Assembly: GCF_006345805.1 (NCBI RefSeq)
Contig: NC_042997.1
Location: forward strand, 179,304,001-179,368,000
Direction: 5' to 3'
DNA length: 64,000 nucleotides
Source: Octopus sinensis
Taxonomy: Eukaryota
Shown: positions 12,411 to 26,545 of the stretch, piece after piece
Layout of the letters: every line of letters starts with the position of its first letter
How positions within the stretch are numbered: the first letter of the stretch is position 1
Made by a program: the position numbers and the translations under genes
The notes under the pieces: generated by a model
The model's database searches: none
Told to the model about the DNA's origin: nothing
The model's input: only the letters and a program-made list of their open reading frames with translations

Positions 12411-14516
12411 CGTAAAGCTCAACATTGATGTGAATTATCACTACACTCGAAATACAAAAGTATGAAGAGAAGAAAGTGAAATAATGTTCTTCTCATAGGA
12501 AAGAAGATGATATTGGGAAAATGGTATCACTATCAGCAAGAAAGTATTGCTAATTGACTATAACAGTTCTGCGTGAGTGAACTGAAATAAAACTTCAAGG
12601 AATTCATTAAAGTACTAAAGATGTGGCAGGTAAGAAATATTTCCTCACCTTTTTAATATTAGTACAAAGGTAAAGAGAGAAAGCACATAGATAAGTTGGG
12701 CGTCAGGACAGATATGGCCACATCGAAAGAAATAGCAAAGTTAAAGGCAGTTAAAAAACATGAAAATATTGCGCAAAAGTACATTGAATGAGAAAATCAA
12801 TTATGTACGAGCCAATATTTTTATGGAAATATGTAAATTAAAGCCGGGGAGAGAGAAAAGGAATTGGTATTTCATGAAAAAAAAATACTCGGATAGTCAA
12901 GGGGGGGGATTCTAAAAGTTAAATTGTTAATATATTATTTGATATCATTATTACAAACTATGACTCTAGCGGCGGCTACTACTGCTACAACTACTACTAC
13001 TACTACAGCTGCTACTGCTGCTAGTGATAATGATGATGAGGGTGATGATCATGAGAAGAACTAGAAAAAAGGAAAACGAGAGGAAGCGAACAAAACAAAG
13101 GAATGAAAATCAGAGTGCATTTATTTAAAATTATAGCAAAACAAGTACTTAGTAAACATATGTAGTAGTAGTAGTAGTAATAATAGTAGAAGTAGTATAT
13201 ACATACATATACATGCACGGACAGCTATACATACATGTGTGTATATATACATATGTATATACACATTTCTATATATGTATATATGCATATTCACACGCGC
13301 ACACACACACATACATATACACACACAAGCACAAGGTTTGCTTCTGGCGGTCAACTAGTAAACAGTGAGACAATTTCTTGTAGACTAAATTATATTGATG
13401 CGGATTTGAAAGTATAGAACTAACACAGACATACAGACACAGAGACACAGAGACACATTCACACACAAACACACACATTATTTGTGTACATATGAGAAAA
13501 TGACAGCTATCAGCGACCATCCCATTGCTGTAAACACTACTAAAACAATTGCATTTCATATTGTATAACATGCGATATGACGCAATATGCAACAGTCAGT
13601 TACGTTAACATGTCTCTATGATATTTAATAGACCTAAATTAACTAGCTGCAGCCAATCTCGTCTAAATGTAATATAGGTTCATTCTAATAATTGACACCA
13701 CATCAACGTTTCGTTCGGAAACTTACGGATGTACGAAAGGGCTGACAAGAGAACTAATCTTGAACGATGAAAGCTATAGGCTAGACGGAAAAATACTTTA
13801 ATTACATGAAATGAAATATTCTTCAAATGCTTGACATAGTCGTTATTCCGCTTCAATTCCGTTATAACACTGATTTCCTCGCCTAAACTTGCCTCTCTCA
13901 TCGACATATTACATAACATGTGTCTTTAGATTAGTTATCATTGTTGTCTTATAATGTGAATATTAAGAACAAAGGACAACGTAATTTATGGTTTTTCCAC
14001 AATGTGATTTTGAGATTCTGGCGCTCCAGGTGAAAAAGTGATTAAAATGGTTGAATTAGACTTTCAATACTGATAAACTAATCAGTAGCAGTCAGAATTT
14101 TGAACCAATCAAATCAAATCGCGAAGTTTTTAGTCTAACAAATTTTTTATCCTGTGCAACTAGTTAAAAATAATAAATTTTTTTTGTTTTTAATTAATTT
14201 CAGATTCCATTAGAATTGTTTTTCAAAGCAGATTTGATTTATTTGTCCAAGAACATGGCTGCCATTTTCGCCATCACTAGCTTTTTCTTTTCTTGTATAA
14301 CTATCTTTTTACTTGTTTATACGCTATTATTATTGTATACTGGGTTTCATTAACTACCTTTTACATTTTGAGAATATATGCCATAACAGCTGAGAGACCA
14401 CGTGTTAGGCTACAAGATTATTTTGAATTTATGATTCCTCCTACACACTCACACACGCACGCTTATGCATACATATAATATATGTATGTATATATGTATA
14501 TATATATATATATATA

Positions 14517-14573
<57 letters not shown>

Positions 14574-14649
14574 CATATATGCACACACCCATACATACAT
14601 AGAAACATACATACATACACACACACTCGCACACACACACACTTCTATT

Positions 14650-14684
<35 letters not shown>

Positions 14685-14884
14685 TGAGATTATATTTATC
14701 CCTATATACTTTTAAGCTATTGCATCATAATATGCCTAAACACGTGAAGATTTGACGGAGTGCTTCATTACGAAATATATTGTAGCTTACTTTCGAAATA
14801 CTATTGCCTTATCAGTGTGGATTACTCAACACTTTTGCATCGAAATTTATGCGACTTCCGATGTTATCTATTCAACATAATACT

Positions 14885-14926
<42 letters not shown>

Positions 14927-15010
14927 ATCCAAACAAGAAAACACAACAACGCGAGGACGTGGAACAAATATAGTATTATTGGACGCTCAAGAAAGAAGGA
15001 AAGAAGGAGG

Positions 15011-15045
15011 GTTTAACGTTTCGAGTGGAGCTCTTCGTCGGAAAC
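15011..15045 (-). ncRNA. Minimal hammerhead motif, degenerate (U4C)
   Basis: GTTT-CCGACGA-A-GAGCTCCACTC-GAA-ACGT-T-AAAC. Confidence 0.55.
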
Positions 15046-15172
15046 ATAGGAGAAGGAAAGATCCAGAGAAGGGAAGACAGAGGAAAAAAAATTGCCAACG
15101 GTACACAATGTGACAGCGTGTGCATAGTTGGCGATTTTCTTTCTCTGTCTTCCCGTCTTTGGATTTTTTAAT

Positions 15173-15207
15173 ATTTCTGACGAAGAGCTCCGCTCGAAAC
15201 GTGGAAT
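15173..15207 (+). ncRNA. Minimal hammerhead motif, intact core, G at cleavage position
   Basis: ATTT-CTGACGA-A-GAGC-TCC-GCTC-GAA-ACGT-G-GAAT; palindromic ACGT stem III. Confidence 0.6.
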
Positions 15208-16568
15208 CATCTTTCTTTTTTTTCCTTTCCTGGGCATCCAATAACACTGCATATATTCCACGTCCTTGCGTTTTTTTTATTGTTCATGTTTGGATTAACT
15301 ATATATATATATATTATATATATATTATATATATATATATACATTATATATATATATATATATATACATATATATACACATATATATATATTCATTAAAG
15401 TATGTGTGTGTGTATGCATGTGTGCATGATTATATGTATCTCTACCTTTCATCAATAGCAGCCGAGTGTTCATCAATTGAAACCATATCATTTTAGTAAC
15501 AGGGAGGTAACTACACTGGTGCTAAAGAAGAACAAAAACAACAACAAACTAAGCATTTAAAAGTCTCATATTCAAAATATTAAGGAAATCAAATCAAGGA
15601 TGAATTGTTAAGCTCACTGCACAACCGGAGTTCTTTGCATATTAATTATCGACTGCAGAATCCCATTTAACTTGCAATTTTGTATTGTTTGCATGTTCAG
15701 ACAAGAGAGCGCATAAAAGTTTACTGTTTCGTTTGTAATATTGGTTATTATCACAAGCAGCTCCGCGTAAAAATGCATTCTTTTTATTTGCTCGGACGTC
15801 ATTCTGGCATTATCGATTGGTAATTCCCCCTAAGGTAAATCTTTATACGCTTTTAGACCTCGATGGATTTTTTACCATTTCATATAGCTTTTCATTGAAA
15901 CGCAATGAAAAGAAGATTGAGTGAGTAGCCTCGAACAACTTCACACATTATTTCATTATTTAATCTGGTTTTTAGACTATTATATCAGACATAAAATTAA
16001 GGCTTTATAATTGACTAAATATTAATTAAAAGCTAGAGGTTTTGACAAACTGATTTATAATTTTGAAGTCAAATAAAAATATTCTGTATGAATTTTTATG
16101 TGATTGTATAATTTTTAAACATATAGACATATACAAAATCCATCCATCCATCCATAATAATACGCAGACACACATACATACATATACATCTATACATACA
16201 CACATATATATGATGACTACCGGTGCCATATGACGCTGGTAATTACTATACAAAATCCTATGAAACATAAATATTTATGAATAAGTGAATCATTCATAAT
16301 TGAATATGGGAATAGAAGTATTGAGTGATCCATGGAAAGTATAACTTAAATCGCTAATGGGCTAGTATATCATGTATCTTCAGTTCAAATCAATACATAT
16401 CACTATACAATAAATATGTTATCATATGAGAACATATGCAAAAATCCTGTAGTATATAACAACATAAATCTCTTATATGTAGAGAGAATTACTGAATACG
16501 TGATGTATCCGGTGAATATAAGTTTTCCTACTGAATATAACATATGTGACTCCCAATATGTATATGTG

Positions 16569-16601
<33 letters not shown>

Positions 16602-16612
<11 letters not shown>

Positions 16613-16697
16613 TGTATACAAATATATATACACATATGTATATGCATATATACGCGCGCACACACACACAGATATATACATATATTGGTTTGGCATC
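16602..16697. repeat. Left arm of 96-bp inverted repeat flanking the RTE
   Basis: Reverse complement of 17764-17859 with 1 mismatch, checked block by block. Confidence 0.95.
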
Positions 16698-17686
16698 GCC
16701 TGCGTGCCAAGACCAAAATCAGAAACGTCCTGATCAAGGAGATGGTATTTGCTGATGATGCCGCTCTGGTAACACACACAGAAGAAGCCCTCCAAAGGTT
16801 CATTAACTGTTTTGAGCAAGCATGTAACGGCTTTGGCTTAGCTATCAGCCTTAAGAAGACCAACATCATGGGCCAGGCTACATCGGACATCCCAAACATA
16901 CATATTGGAGACCACAGATTACAAGAGGTGGAGAAGTTTACCTATCTGGGCTCTACCGTCACCTACAACCTATCCCTTGACGCTGAGCTCAATACGCATT
17001 GGCAAGGCAGCTGCTGCGATGGCCCAACTCTCCAAACGGGCTTGGACAACAATAAGCTGACCAAGACCACAAAAATGAAGATCTACCAGGCATGTGTACT
17101 CAGCACTCTACTGTATGGAAGCGAGACCTGGACGCTATACACACGCCAAGAGCGTCGCCTAAACATCTTTCACCTGCGCTGCCTCCGAAAAATCCTCCAC
17201 ATCAAATGGCAGAATCATATCCCCAACAAAGATGTCCTCAGGCAAGCAGGAATACCAAGCATGTTTGCACTCCTCACACAAATACGTATGAGATGGCTTG
17301 GGCATGTTAGCCGTATGAAAGATGGCAGAATCCCCAAGGACATACTCTACGGAGAGCTTGCTAGGGGTACTAGGTCTGTGGGTAGACCGATCTTACGTTA
17401 CAAGGATGTTTGCAAAAGGGATATGAAGGCCTGCAACATCAACATTAGCGGTTGGGAGGCAGTCGCCGGCAACCGTGGAGAATGGCGACGTACAGTAAAA
17501 GAGGGTATACAGAGGAGTGACAGAAAGAGAGAGGAGAAATGGAAAGAAAGGAAGAGACATAAACAAGAGACCATGGCACTACAATCAGCCAGGAACAGTC
17601 TTCGCTACATTTGCAGTACCTGCCAGAGGGAGTGTTTGTCCAGGATAGGACTACACAGCCACAGCAAGAAATGTAACAGGAAATAA
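16685..17686 (+). pseudogene. Partial RTE reverse-transcriptase ORF (333 aa, no native N-terminus)
   Basis: ORF track. Two compensating frameshifts at about 16997 and 17046 garble ~16 codons (the alternative frame reads IGKAAAAMAQLSKRAW). Confidence 0.85.
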
Positions 17687-17776
17687 AATATAACAGCCGG
17701 ACTAGACCTAGAAAAAAAAAAAAAAAAAAAATGCGCAACTCCATTGTCTCCCGAGACAGAAAGGATGCCAAACCAA
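16698..17776 (+). mobile_element. 5'-truncated RTE-clade LINE
   Basis: RT C-terminal motifs (FADD, ISLKKT, VEKFTYLGS, LLYGSETW, WLGHVSRM), C-terminal CxxC..SRIGLHSH..C, and an RTE-like 3' end ccattgtctcccgagacag..ggatgccaa. Confidence 0.95.
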
Positions 17777-17859
17777 TATATATATATATCTGTGTGTGTG
17801 TGCGCGCGTATATATGCATATACATATGTGTATATATATTTGTATACATATTTATATAT
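17764..17859. repeat. Right arm of inverted repeat (RTE terminus plus 3' flank)
   Basis: GATGCCAAACCAATATA...TGCGCGCGTA...TTTGTATACATATTTATA. Confidence 0.95.
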
Positions 17860-20800
17860 TTATATATATATATATATATATGTATATTATATATATATTT
17901 TTTTGTGTGTATGTATATATATATATATATATGTATGTATATGTCTGTGTGTGTGTATAAGCATTATACCAAGATAAATTCATTCGTAAAACGAATACAT
18001 AACGGATGTAGTGTAATCTACCTACGTTGCAAAACACAGTGAGTCATCCTATAGCTACCCGGGTGTTCACGTGCACCTTGAATCCTGGAACGATCGCATG
18101 CGAACATAAAACCACACACACATAAGCATATGCACATACATATACATAAGTAGATATGTTTTATGTTGTTGACCAAACAAAAATGCTTCATGATCACATT
18201 CACTTTGTGAGATTTAGAAATTAAAGCAAATCTCCGTAGAATGCATAATGCAGAATTAAACCAGTTCTTCTTTGAAAGCGCAACCTTATTTTTTAAGAAT
18301 AAAACAATGATTATAACTAACAAAAATTGCTATTAGCGCCAAGCAAACTATAAGAATACCACAAAGGATAAGATATCCTTTCGTAGTGTAGACATGAGAA
18401 GAAATGCCGCTTTTTAAAAACTTTTCTTTCTATATACTTTTTAAATATTGTGCCATAATATAACAACACGGGAAGGTTTGAAGGAGTGCGTTATCACAAA
18501 ATATTTGGTAGCTTCCTTTGTAAATAGCATTGCTTTATCAAATTTGCCCCTTCACAAAATCTCCTCTCGCAGTAATTTCTAGGATGCTTCTGCAGCGAGC
18601 AACAACTGCCTAATGTTTCCAGATACAAATGGAATAGAAATTTAAGCCTCCTTGAAAATCTCCCCTTGTAGACAATGCAAGGCGATAACCTATTTGTTCG
18701 ATCTTAATAAGCAATCAAATATTTGTCCAAAGTACAAAAACAGTGATCATCAATGAATGTTTCTGAAAATAAGCACCTAATTAAATCTGAAATACGTACA
18801 CAATATTGCTTAATACTTAAGCGACATTACTATTGTTTCCAATCTTCTACACTCGATAGACTTCAACTTTTTAATCCCGTGTGCTGTACTTAAAGCGCAC
18901 GCATACCTCTGACACAAATTTCTATATGACAAGGAGATAAATGAAATTTTTGTGCCTTACAGATCAAATAACTAATCCTTTTTTGCCAGATGTGAAAAAC
19001 CTAGAAGCACTAAAACCACACCCTATCGATGAAGGGAACTGTTAGCTTCTAATATGCTCAGCAACCTGCATTCAGTAAATTTTAACGTTCTCTATATTTC
19101 CAAACCAGATTTTTTTTTTCTTTAGGTGATCTCAGCCATTCGACTGCGGACAGAATGATGCATGACCACCAAGTATTTATTCGATCATATCGATCTTATT
19201 AGGTATTTACTTAATCTATTTGACGAACCGCTAGCAACACCAGATTTTAAACGCTTTAAAAATCAAAAGTAAATATACACACACATACTACTGTATGGAT
19301 TATCTTATGACTGTGTATAAGTTTATATGTATACGTATGTAAGTACGTATAATTGTGTATACACTAATGTATGAACGGATGGCTGCATCGATAGATAGGT
19401 GTATACACCACGAACTTTCGCCTACTTTCTATATTTCAGAGAGCATTGAAATCGAAGTTACTGCTAGGAACCAGTCAACGCATTGCATGCAAAATGAATT
19501 ACTTAGTCATAAAGACATACTTGCATATATACCTCTCTCCCTATTCATTTATTTCTCTCACTCACTGTCTCTCTCACTCTCTTTCTCTCTCTCTTCTCTC
19601 TCTCTTTCTTTCAATCTTCACACACACGTTATGTGTATATATATATGCAAGAACGAAAATGTTATAACGTCACGCATGGGATTCAAACATCCTATAACTA
19701 TGCATTTGTATAAGTGTGTGTATGTGAGTGTGCGTGTGTGTGTGTATGTGTGTGTGTGTAGCGATACCATCAAATACTAAGTGTACTGCCATTACAGTGC
19801 TACGTTTCGGACACCTATGAGACAAATATGAAATTAGGAATCGAAAGTTTTCTCTTTCAAAATTGCTAAATTTTGCGGATCATTGACGTCTTCATGTTTT
19901 AAAACTATTAAGACACAACAGAGTTTCAAAGAAACTTCAATATTCTATGGGCTAGCCTTCATAAATATTTTTATGGATATTTAACGGATGCACATATGTG
20001 AGCAATATAGTATATTCCGTGAAATAGTATATGGTTAACTATAAAGAGTTGCTACTTTTAGAAAGCAGTGCATGCATGTGCATGTATGTGTGTCCGTGGC
20101 TGTGTATCTGTGCGTGTGAGCCCGTGTGTATGCATGTAAGTATGTACAAGACCATGTTTTATGATCTCTTCAAAATTTACATTGCAAATCTTCATATACA
20201 TTCTTAAAAAATAAGTAAAATAATTTTTAGCCTCTTTGCTTAGTTTCAAAGGTTTGTGGTAGGTCTGGTGCAACCTATTATACAGTATGGAACATCAGCA
20301 CAAAGAACTAAATAGAATATATGAGACTCGAGAAACTATCTGAGTTTTGTGTATAACGAAACGTGTAGAATATCAGAAAGCCAAAAAGGTTGAAGAAGTC
20401 AACGAACTTATCTCAAGAATTTGCGGTATATGTTCTGCGCATATATGTCTCTGTTGTGTGCTTACGTGTTTCTGTATGACTGTATATATGAAATAAATGG
20501 GTGATAAATAAAACAAAAAACAGAAGCAAAAATCTAAGACTACAGTAAATTATCACGTTGTGCATGTGAAGGGTGAATTTAAAATGAGAATTAAGTGAAA
20601 ACAAGGAGCAAAGAAAGAGAAATGGATTTTAAGTTTGGGTGTATATATAACTATGCTGCAAGATACGAATGGGTAAATTACAACGAATGAAGATTTAGTG
20701 TATAAGAGATTTGAAAACGGTTGAGAGGAGAGAAGAGACGAGAGAGGAGGTACAGTAAGGTAGAGTTTGTATGCGTACAAATGGCTATATAAGATAAGCA

Positions 20801-21758
20801 GTAGATATAAAAATAATTGAAAAGAATATAAGCGTGAGGTACAATAGGTGGACCAGAAAGAGGTGGAGAGAAAGATGTATAGAGAAAATAAGAAATAAAG
20901 ACAAAACGGGAAAAAAGAGGCGGGAGGTGGTAAAGAGAAATACAGTGAAAGAAATGCTAGTTAAAGAGGAAATCGCACTGGAAATGATGGAAATATATGT
21001 TCGAAGAATGTATAAAATGAAGTTAATGATGAGATATATGGGATCAGCTACTGAATGCCTGCACACACGCACAATTACTTACGCACATGCACACAACCAC
21101 ATACACATGTATATATATATATATATATATAAACGAATGAACGAGGGCATGGAGATAAGAAGAGTATGAGAGGGAGTGAGAAAGAGACGTGTGTATGTGT
21201 ATATTCCAGTGTTTGAGTGTGATTTATATACGTATAGAAAGATGTCTGCAGAGGAAAAGCTGAGGCACATAAATGGGTTAGGTAAAGAGAATAAATAAAT
21301 TGTAACAAAAGGAAGAATAGAGATATCATGTAAAAGGATTGGAGAATTCTTCTTAAATTTTGTCCATATTTTTGGAGTCTGCTATTTCTAGCAGATCGAA
21401 GAACCGCTTAAAGGTTTCGTATGTGCTGTTTCTATGGTGACTTACACGACTTCAGATAAATTCGACAACTGAGCCTTCGACTGGCTAAAACTGATTAATT
21501 TTAAATGCTTGTAAATATTTTGCTAATTTCTAAAACAAAAAGGCAGAAGAAATTCAACAAGATCCGGATTGCATATACAAGTCTTACATTGATATGCGAA
21601 ATTAAGCCTTATCGATTCAAATACCAGTTTGGTATAAATAAAACATGGTGAGAGATTGAAACGGAATAGACATCGAGAATGAGGCACAATCTGACATAGA
21701 GAGAGGGGTATCCCGAAAATAAACTTGTATAAAACTACACACACACACAAGCATGCAG

Positions 21759-21829
<71 letters not shown>

Positions 21830-22050
21830 AGTATGCATAAGTATATGTATATATAGAACGGCTTTCAACAGACTCACTTTCTCAAAATATTTCTCTGCAA
21901 AGGGATTGGTGAAATCAATGCTATAGGCTATGGTAGCAAATACTTCACCGAATGTAGCCCACAGTGAGATGAAAGCACGAACTAGTAACCAACAGATCAC
22001 GTTTTGGGTCTATCTCTCTCTCTTTCCTTCTTCGTATATACATACACACG

Positions 22051-22152
<102 letters not shown>

Positions 22153-22217
22153 TTATATATGTGTGTATATATATATATCTATAGTAGAAATATGTTACAA
22201 AAAGAACACATATGTAT

Positions 22218-22398
22218 CTTTGTGTATCGGTCTTTGTCCCACTATCATCGCGTGTCGTTATGTTTACGTCCCCTAGCGTTTCGGCAAAAGACACTGATAG
22301 AATAAGTACTGAGTTTACAAAGAATAAATCCTGGGATCGATTTCTTCGACTAAAGGTGGTGCTCTAACATTGCCGCAACTAAATGACTGAAACAACAA
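22218..22398 (+). mobile_element. SINE family A, diverged 3' half
   Basis: tgtttacgtccc..tagcgtttcggcaaaagac..gatagaataagtact...gatttcttcgactaaaggtggtgct...aaatgactgaaacaa. Confidence 0.75.
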
Positions 22399-23189
22399 CA
22401 AAAAAATCCTATATATGTGTGTGTGTGTGTGTGTGTCCATCTACACGCGCATATGAAATGTGTATGTATGTTCTTTTGCGTGTGCTCGAGCGTTTGTGTA
22501 TCTAAGAGTGTGTAGGAAAAAATAGTTCTAGAAAGAATAAAACGAACAAAGAGGAGGGGAGCGTAATCGAGAGCGGATGGAGGTAGAGATAAAGTGGTAA
22601 TATACGAATTTAAAAGAGAGAAGCGAAATGCGGAACCTATGTTTAACCGACATTAAAATAGGAAGGGAGGGAAAGAAAACCAGAATTAATGCATGAGAAC
22701 GAGAATGTGATAGATAAAGAAATAGTAACGAAATAGGTATGAGATATGACGTAAGATTAATGAGATAGGTCAGTTAAGAGACGAGAATAGGGAATGAAGT
22801 AAGATGGGAAATTTAAAGAATGAATTGAGAAGCATTTGTTTTGAAAAGCAGAGACAGAGAGGCAAATGTGCTATCGAGAAAGAGGTGAAAGGTGAGAGAC
22901 AGAGTGGGGTATCGAATAATAATATGAGAAAGATAATTGATGGGGGAGATAGTAAATATTTTAGCTATATATATTAGGGGAGACTTATGAAATTCTGATG
23001 AGAAGAGAAGATATGATTAGCGACGAATAAATTGAGCGATCATGGGTGGGGAATAAGATGATGTTTAGAGAGATTATTATCAGAGAAGTGGGACTGTAAG
23101 TTCTTGTGTGGAAATGAGGTAGAGAAATTTGGTATAGAAGAAAAATTTGAAAAATGTAACAATGAGAGCCACGAGGAATTTGGAATTGT

Positions 23190-23420
23190 ATATCGCGGCA
23201 CCGACCAGGCTATCGAATGTTCCTTTACATTACTGGTCACAATACTCCTCGAATTGTTCTAGTGATCAAGTGGCTAGGTGAACAGGCCAAATGGGTTAAT
23301 CATTTACAGAGTTGGAACGCGGAATGTAGTACTTTCCTCAAAATCACAACGCGCGGCTTGGTCCGTAGAATTGAACACACGACATAGTGATCATCCATAC
23401 CCTATTCACTGGGTCACAAG
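23190..23420 (-). mobile_element. Old SINE with tail 2
   Basis: Minus strand ends ttgtgaccagtaatgt...gatagcctggtcggtgccgcgata, similar to the tail of the 47381 and 59833 copies; degenerate B box gttcaattct. Confidence 0.5.
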
Positions 23421-24250
23421 TCTTCACTATAATATATATATATATATATCCTCTCACTCACCTCTCCTCTCTTGCTCTGGCACCTACTTTCTACACTCCT
23501 ACCCACCCTCTCCGTTTCACCCTCTCCTTTCATTGTTACCCCCTCTCTCGTTACCCCACCCCTACACATTGCAACCCCACCATCCCTTATACATCTTTTC
23601 CACCCCATCCCATTCCTTATATATATATATATTCAAACTACAAACGCCTACTCATGTGATCGATTACCTACGGACATCCCTATAATCATAAACGTTAAAC
23701 TCTCATACTACAAGTTGAGAGTCCACCAAACGCAGCCATAAAAGCAAATGCACATATACACCTGTGCACAAGTTTAAAAATTGAGACATCTGCCCAATCC
23801 TCTCACTTCAACGCCTCTCTCTCCACATATACCAACCCCATATCCCTAAAAAACAAACCCCATTTTCCGGTAGTTAAAACCCACTCTGATATCTGGGCAA
23901 ATGACATCAACTCCCACCGCATTTTGACCCTTTGTGTTTGTCATGTGTCTTATCCCATAAATGTGATTAGATACTTCGTCGTCCAGTCACAAAGGTCCCT
24001 CTCCGTTTTTTATTATACCGGCTTATCTGGCAAGCACAATCTTAGGTAAACATCTAATTACCTAATACCCTGTTCGAAACCGACTTGTAAGATCGGCTGA
24101 AATGCATCTATAATACTTGATTAATATACTTTCACATGACAAATATGTACAAGAGCATATTTAATAGAGCATTAGACAATATAGATCTATGTGTATGTGT
24201 GCGCGCGTGTGTGTGTGTGCAAACAATCTTGTTTTAATGCAGTGCACATT

Positions 24251-24299
<49 letters not shown>

Positions 24300-24729
24300 A
24301 TATATGCATACACACGCGTGGACATACACACAAACTTTAAACGTACACGCAAACACAAACAGATACGCACATACACACATATATGTTGGATACCTCTGTT
24401 CATATGCGCATCCATATATACATAAGAAAGTCTGCAGTTACTCTATCCAGACTATAACTTAGAGATTTCTTGCAATAATGGTTTGAGCACTTGCATACGT
24501 GACTAACTATCTCCGTACAAATCTTGAGAATCTGAGATTTACGCAACTGTTGAGAACCCGCTTAACCAAGAGATTAGTGTTAAAACCAACAAACTCACTT
24601 TCATAATATGCAAAACATGAATTTTAACATGTACTAAATGCATCAACAACACATGCAGACGTGCAGCATTTGTTTGTATTACGTACATATGTCAAAGCAT
24701 ACACATCCACATAAATAATGGCTTCCATG

Positions 24730-24795
<66 letters not shown>

Positions 24796-25184
24796 TAAGA
24801 ATATTTTGCGTAATGAGATAAAAAAAACAAGGCTGTGTAGATATTAGAAAATTTATAGACAGTAGGTCTTACAGCTGTTTCCAGGATATTTATTAATTAT
24901 ATCCCTTCATTGGAGACGGTGTGAGAGTATGGTTAAGTAATAGTTAGTTTAGATAGGATACAAAATAGAGAGTGAGATGGAGGAAAGAAAATAGATGTGA
25001 TATATGTAGGGATATTGAAGTTGTAGATCCATTTTTTAGGCAGAATGGTATATATGTAAGATCCCAATACCTTATGAGTAAAATCCAACAGAATTTAAAA
25101 TGGGTCATTGCAAGTACAGAATTTATAAACAGTGTTGTAGAGTTAAATGTTTTTATTAAATAAATACCTTTATTAAATATGATG

Positions 25185-25815
25185 ATGATACTGATGATGT
25201 TGACGATGATATTAATGATGCAGATAATGATGATGATAATGATGATGACATGATGATGGTGTGGGTGATGGTGATGAGGATGAAGATGATGGAATGCATG
25301 ATGATATGATGGTCATGAGAACGACGATGACAATCATGATGATGATAATAGAAGGCATACTGATACTCATTGTGACAATGGGGACGGCGATGATGATGAT
25401 GATGATGATGATTGTAATGATGACGATGTCCATAATCATCATCATCATGCTGGTGGTAATGATGATAAAGCTAATGATGATAATTACGGTGGTGGTAGTA
25501 GTGGTGAGAGTAGAGATGAATGTGATCATGAAGCTGATGCATTGATGAGATGATGGCTTGAACGATGGTGAAGAAGAGGATGATTGTCACTATGACGATA
25601 TAGGATGATTACAATGATGAAAACGATACAACGGGGGAAGAAAACATAACAAGGAAACAATTATAAGAACAAGCAGCAGCACAGCACTAAAGGCAGATGG
25701 AGTAGACAGAGCAGCAGTAGCTCCAGTATTTGTAGTAGTAGTAGTAGGTGTAGCAGCAGCAACAACAACAACAACAGCAGCATCAGCAACAACAACAACA
25801 ACAACAGCAGCAGCA
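25185..25815 (+). repeat. Degenerate (GAT)n then (CAG/CAA/TAG)n arrays
   Basis: Direct reading. Confidence 0.9.
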
Positions 25816-26175
25816 GAGGCTGTAGGGGCAATTGCATTATTATCATAATTCGTAGAAGAAGAGCGAAAATAAATTAAAAGAAAAAAGAAAAAAAGAAATG
25901 AAGAAAGAACAGCGAATAATGAACAAGAAATGATTGGGTGAGATTTTTATAAATACATTCCATATATTCTTGTACAACCATTCTTTGTTTCGAACTATAT
26001 TGCTATGGCAACAGAACCGCTACAGTAATGCATTTTGAAGGATCCAACGGTGAATATAATTTCAAAAAAGGAAAAATGATTACGGGATAATATAATAGAA
26101 AAATATGATATACTATGATATAATGTAATATAATACATATGTATGTGCCTGTGTGTATGTATATATATATAATAT

Positions 26176-26235
<60 letters not shown>

Positions 26236-26498
26236 GATATATTATATATATATATATATATATATAGATATATAGATATGTATAGAAATGCATATATTTC
26301 ATTCATACAATGTGTGCGCGTATTACACTTACATACATGTAAACACACACGTACGTGTGTGGGTGCATATGTGTGTGTATGTGAGTGTGTGTGTTTGTAG
26401 TAGTAGGTAGACAGACAGGTAGAGAGACGGACAGACAGACAGATACATACACACATACACATACGCATACACACATACACACACATTCATACATACAC

Positions 26499-26545
<47 letters not shown>

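Larger units (their letters stand above)
14921..15301. mobile_element. Inverted pair of Penelope-like terminal fragments forming a ~380-bp imperfect palindrome in (TA)n
   Basis: Both arms begin TAGTTAATCCAAACA and align through gaggacgtggaa...acgtttcgag(t/c)ggagctcttcgtc...gggaagacagag...gccaac; both ends abut (TA)n. Confidence 0.75.

Noticed and set aside
12620-12640. CAGGTAAG splice-donor matches (also ~35520)
   Set aside because: No convincing upstream acceptor or open exon; expected by chance in 64 kb.
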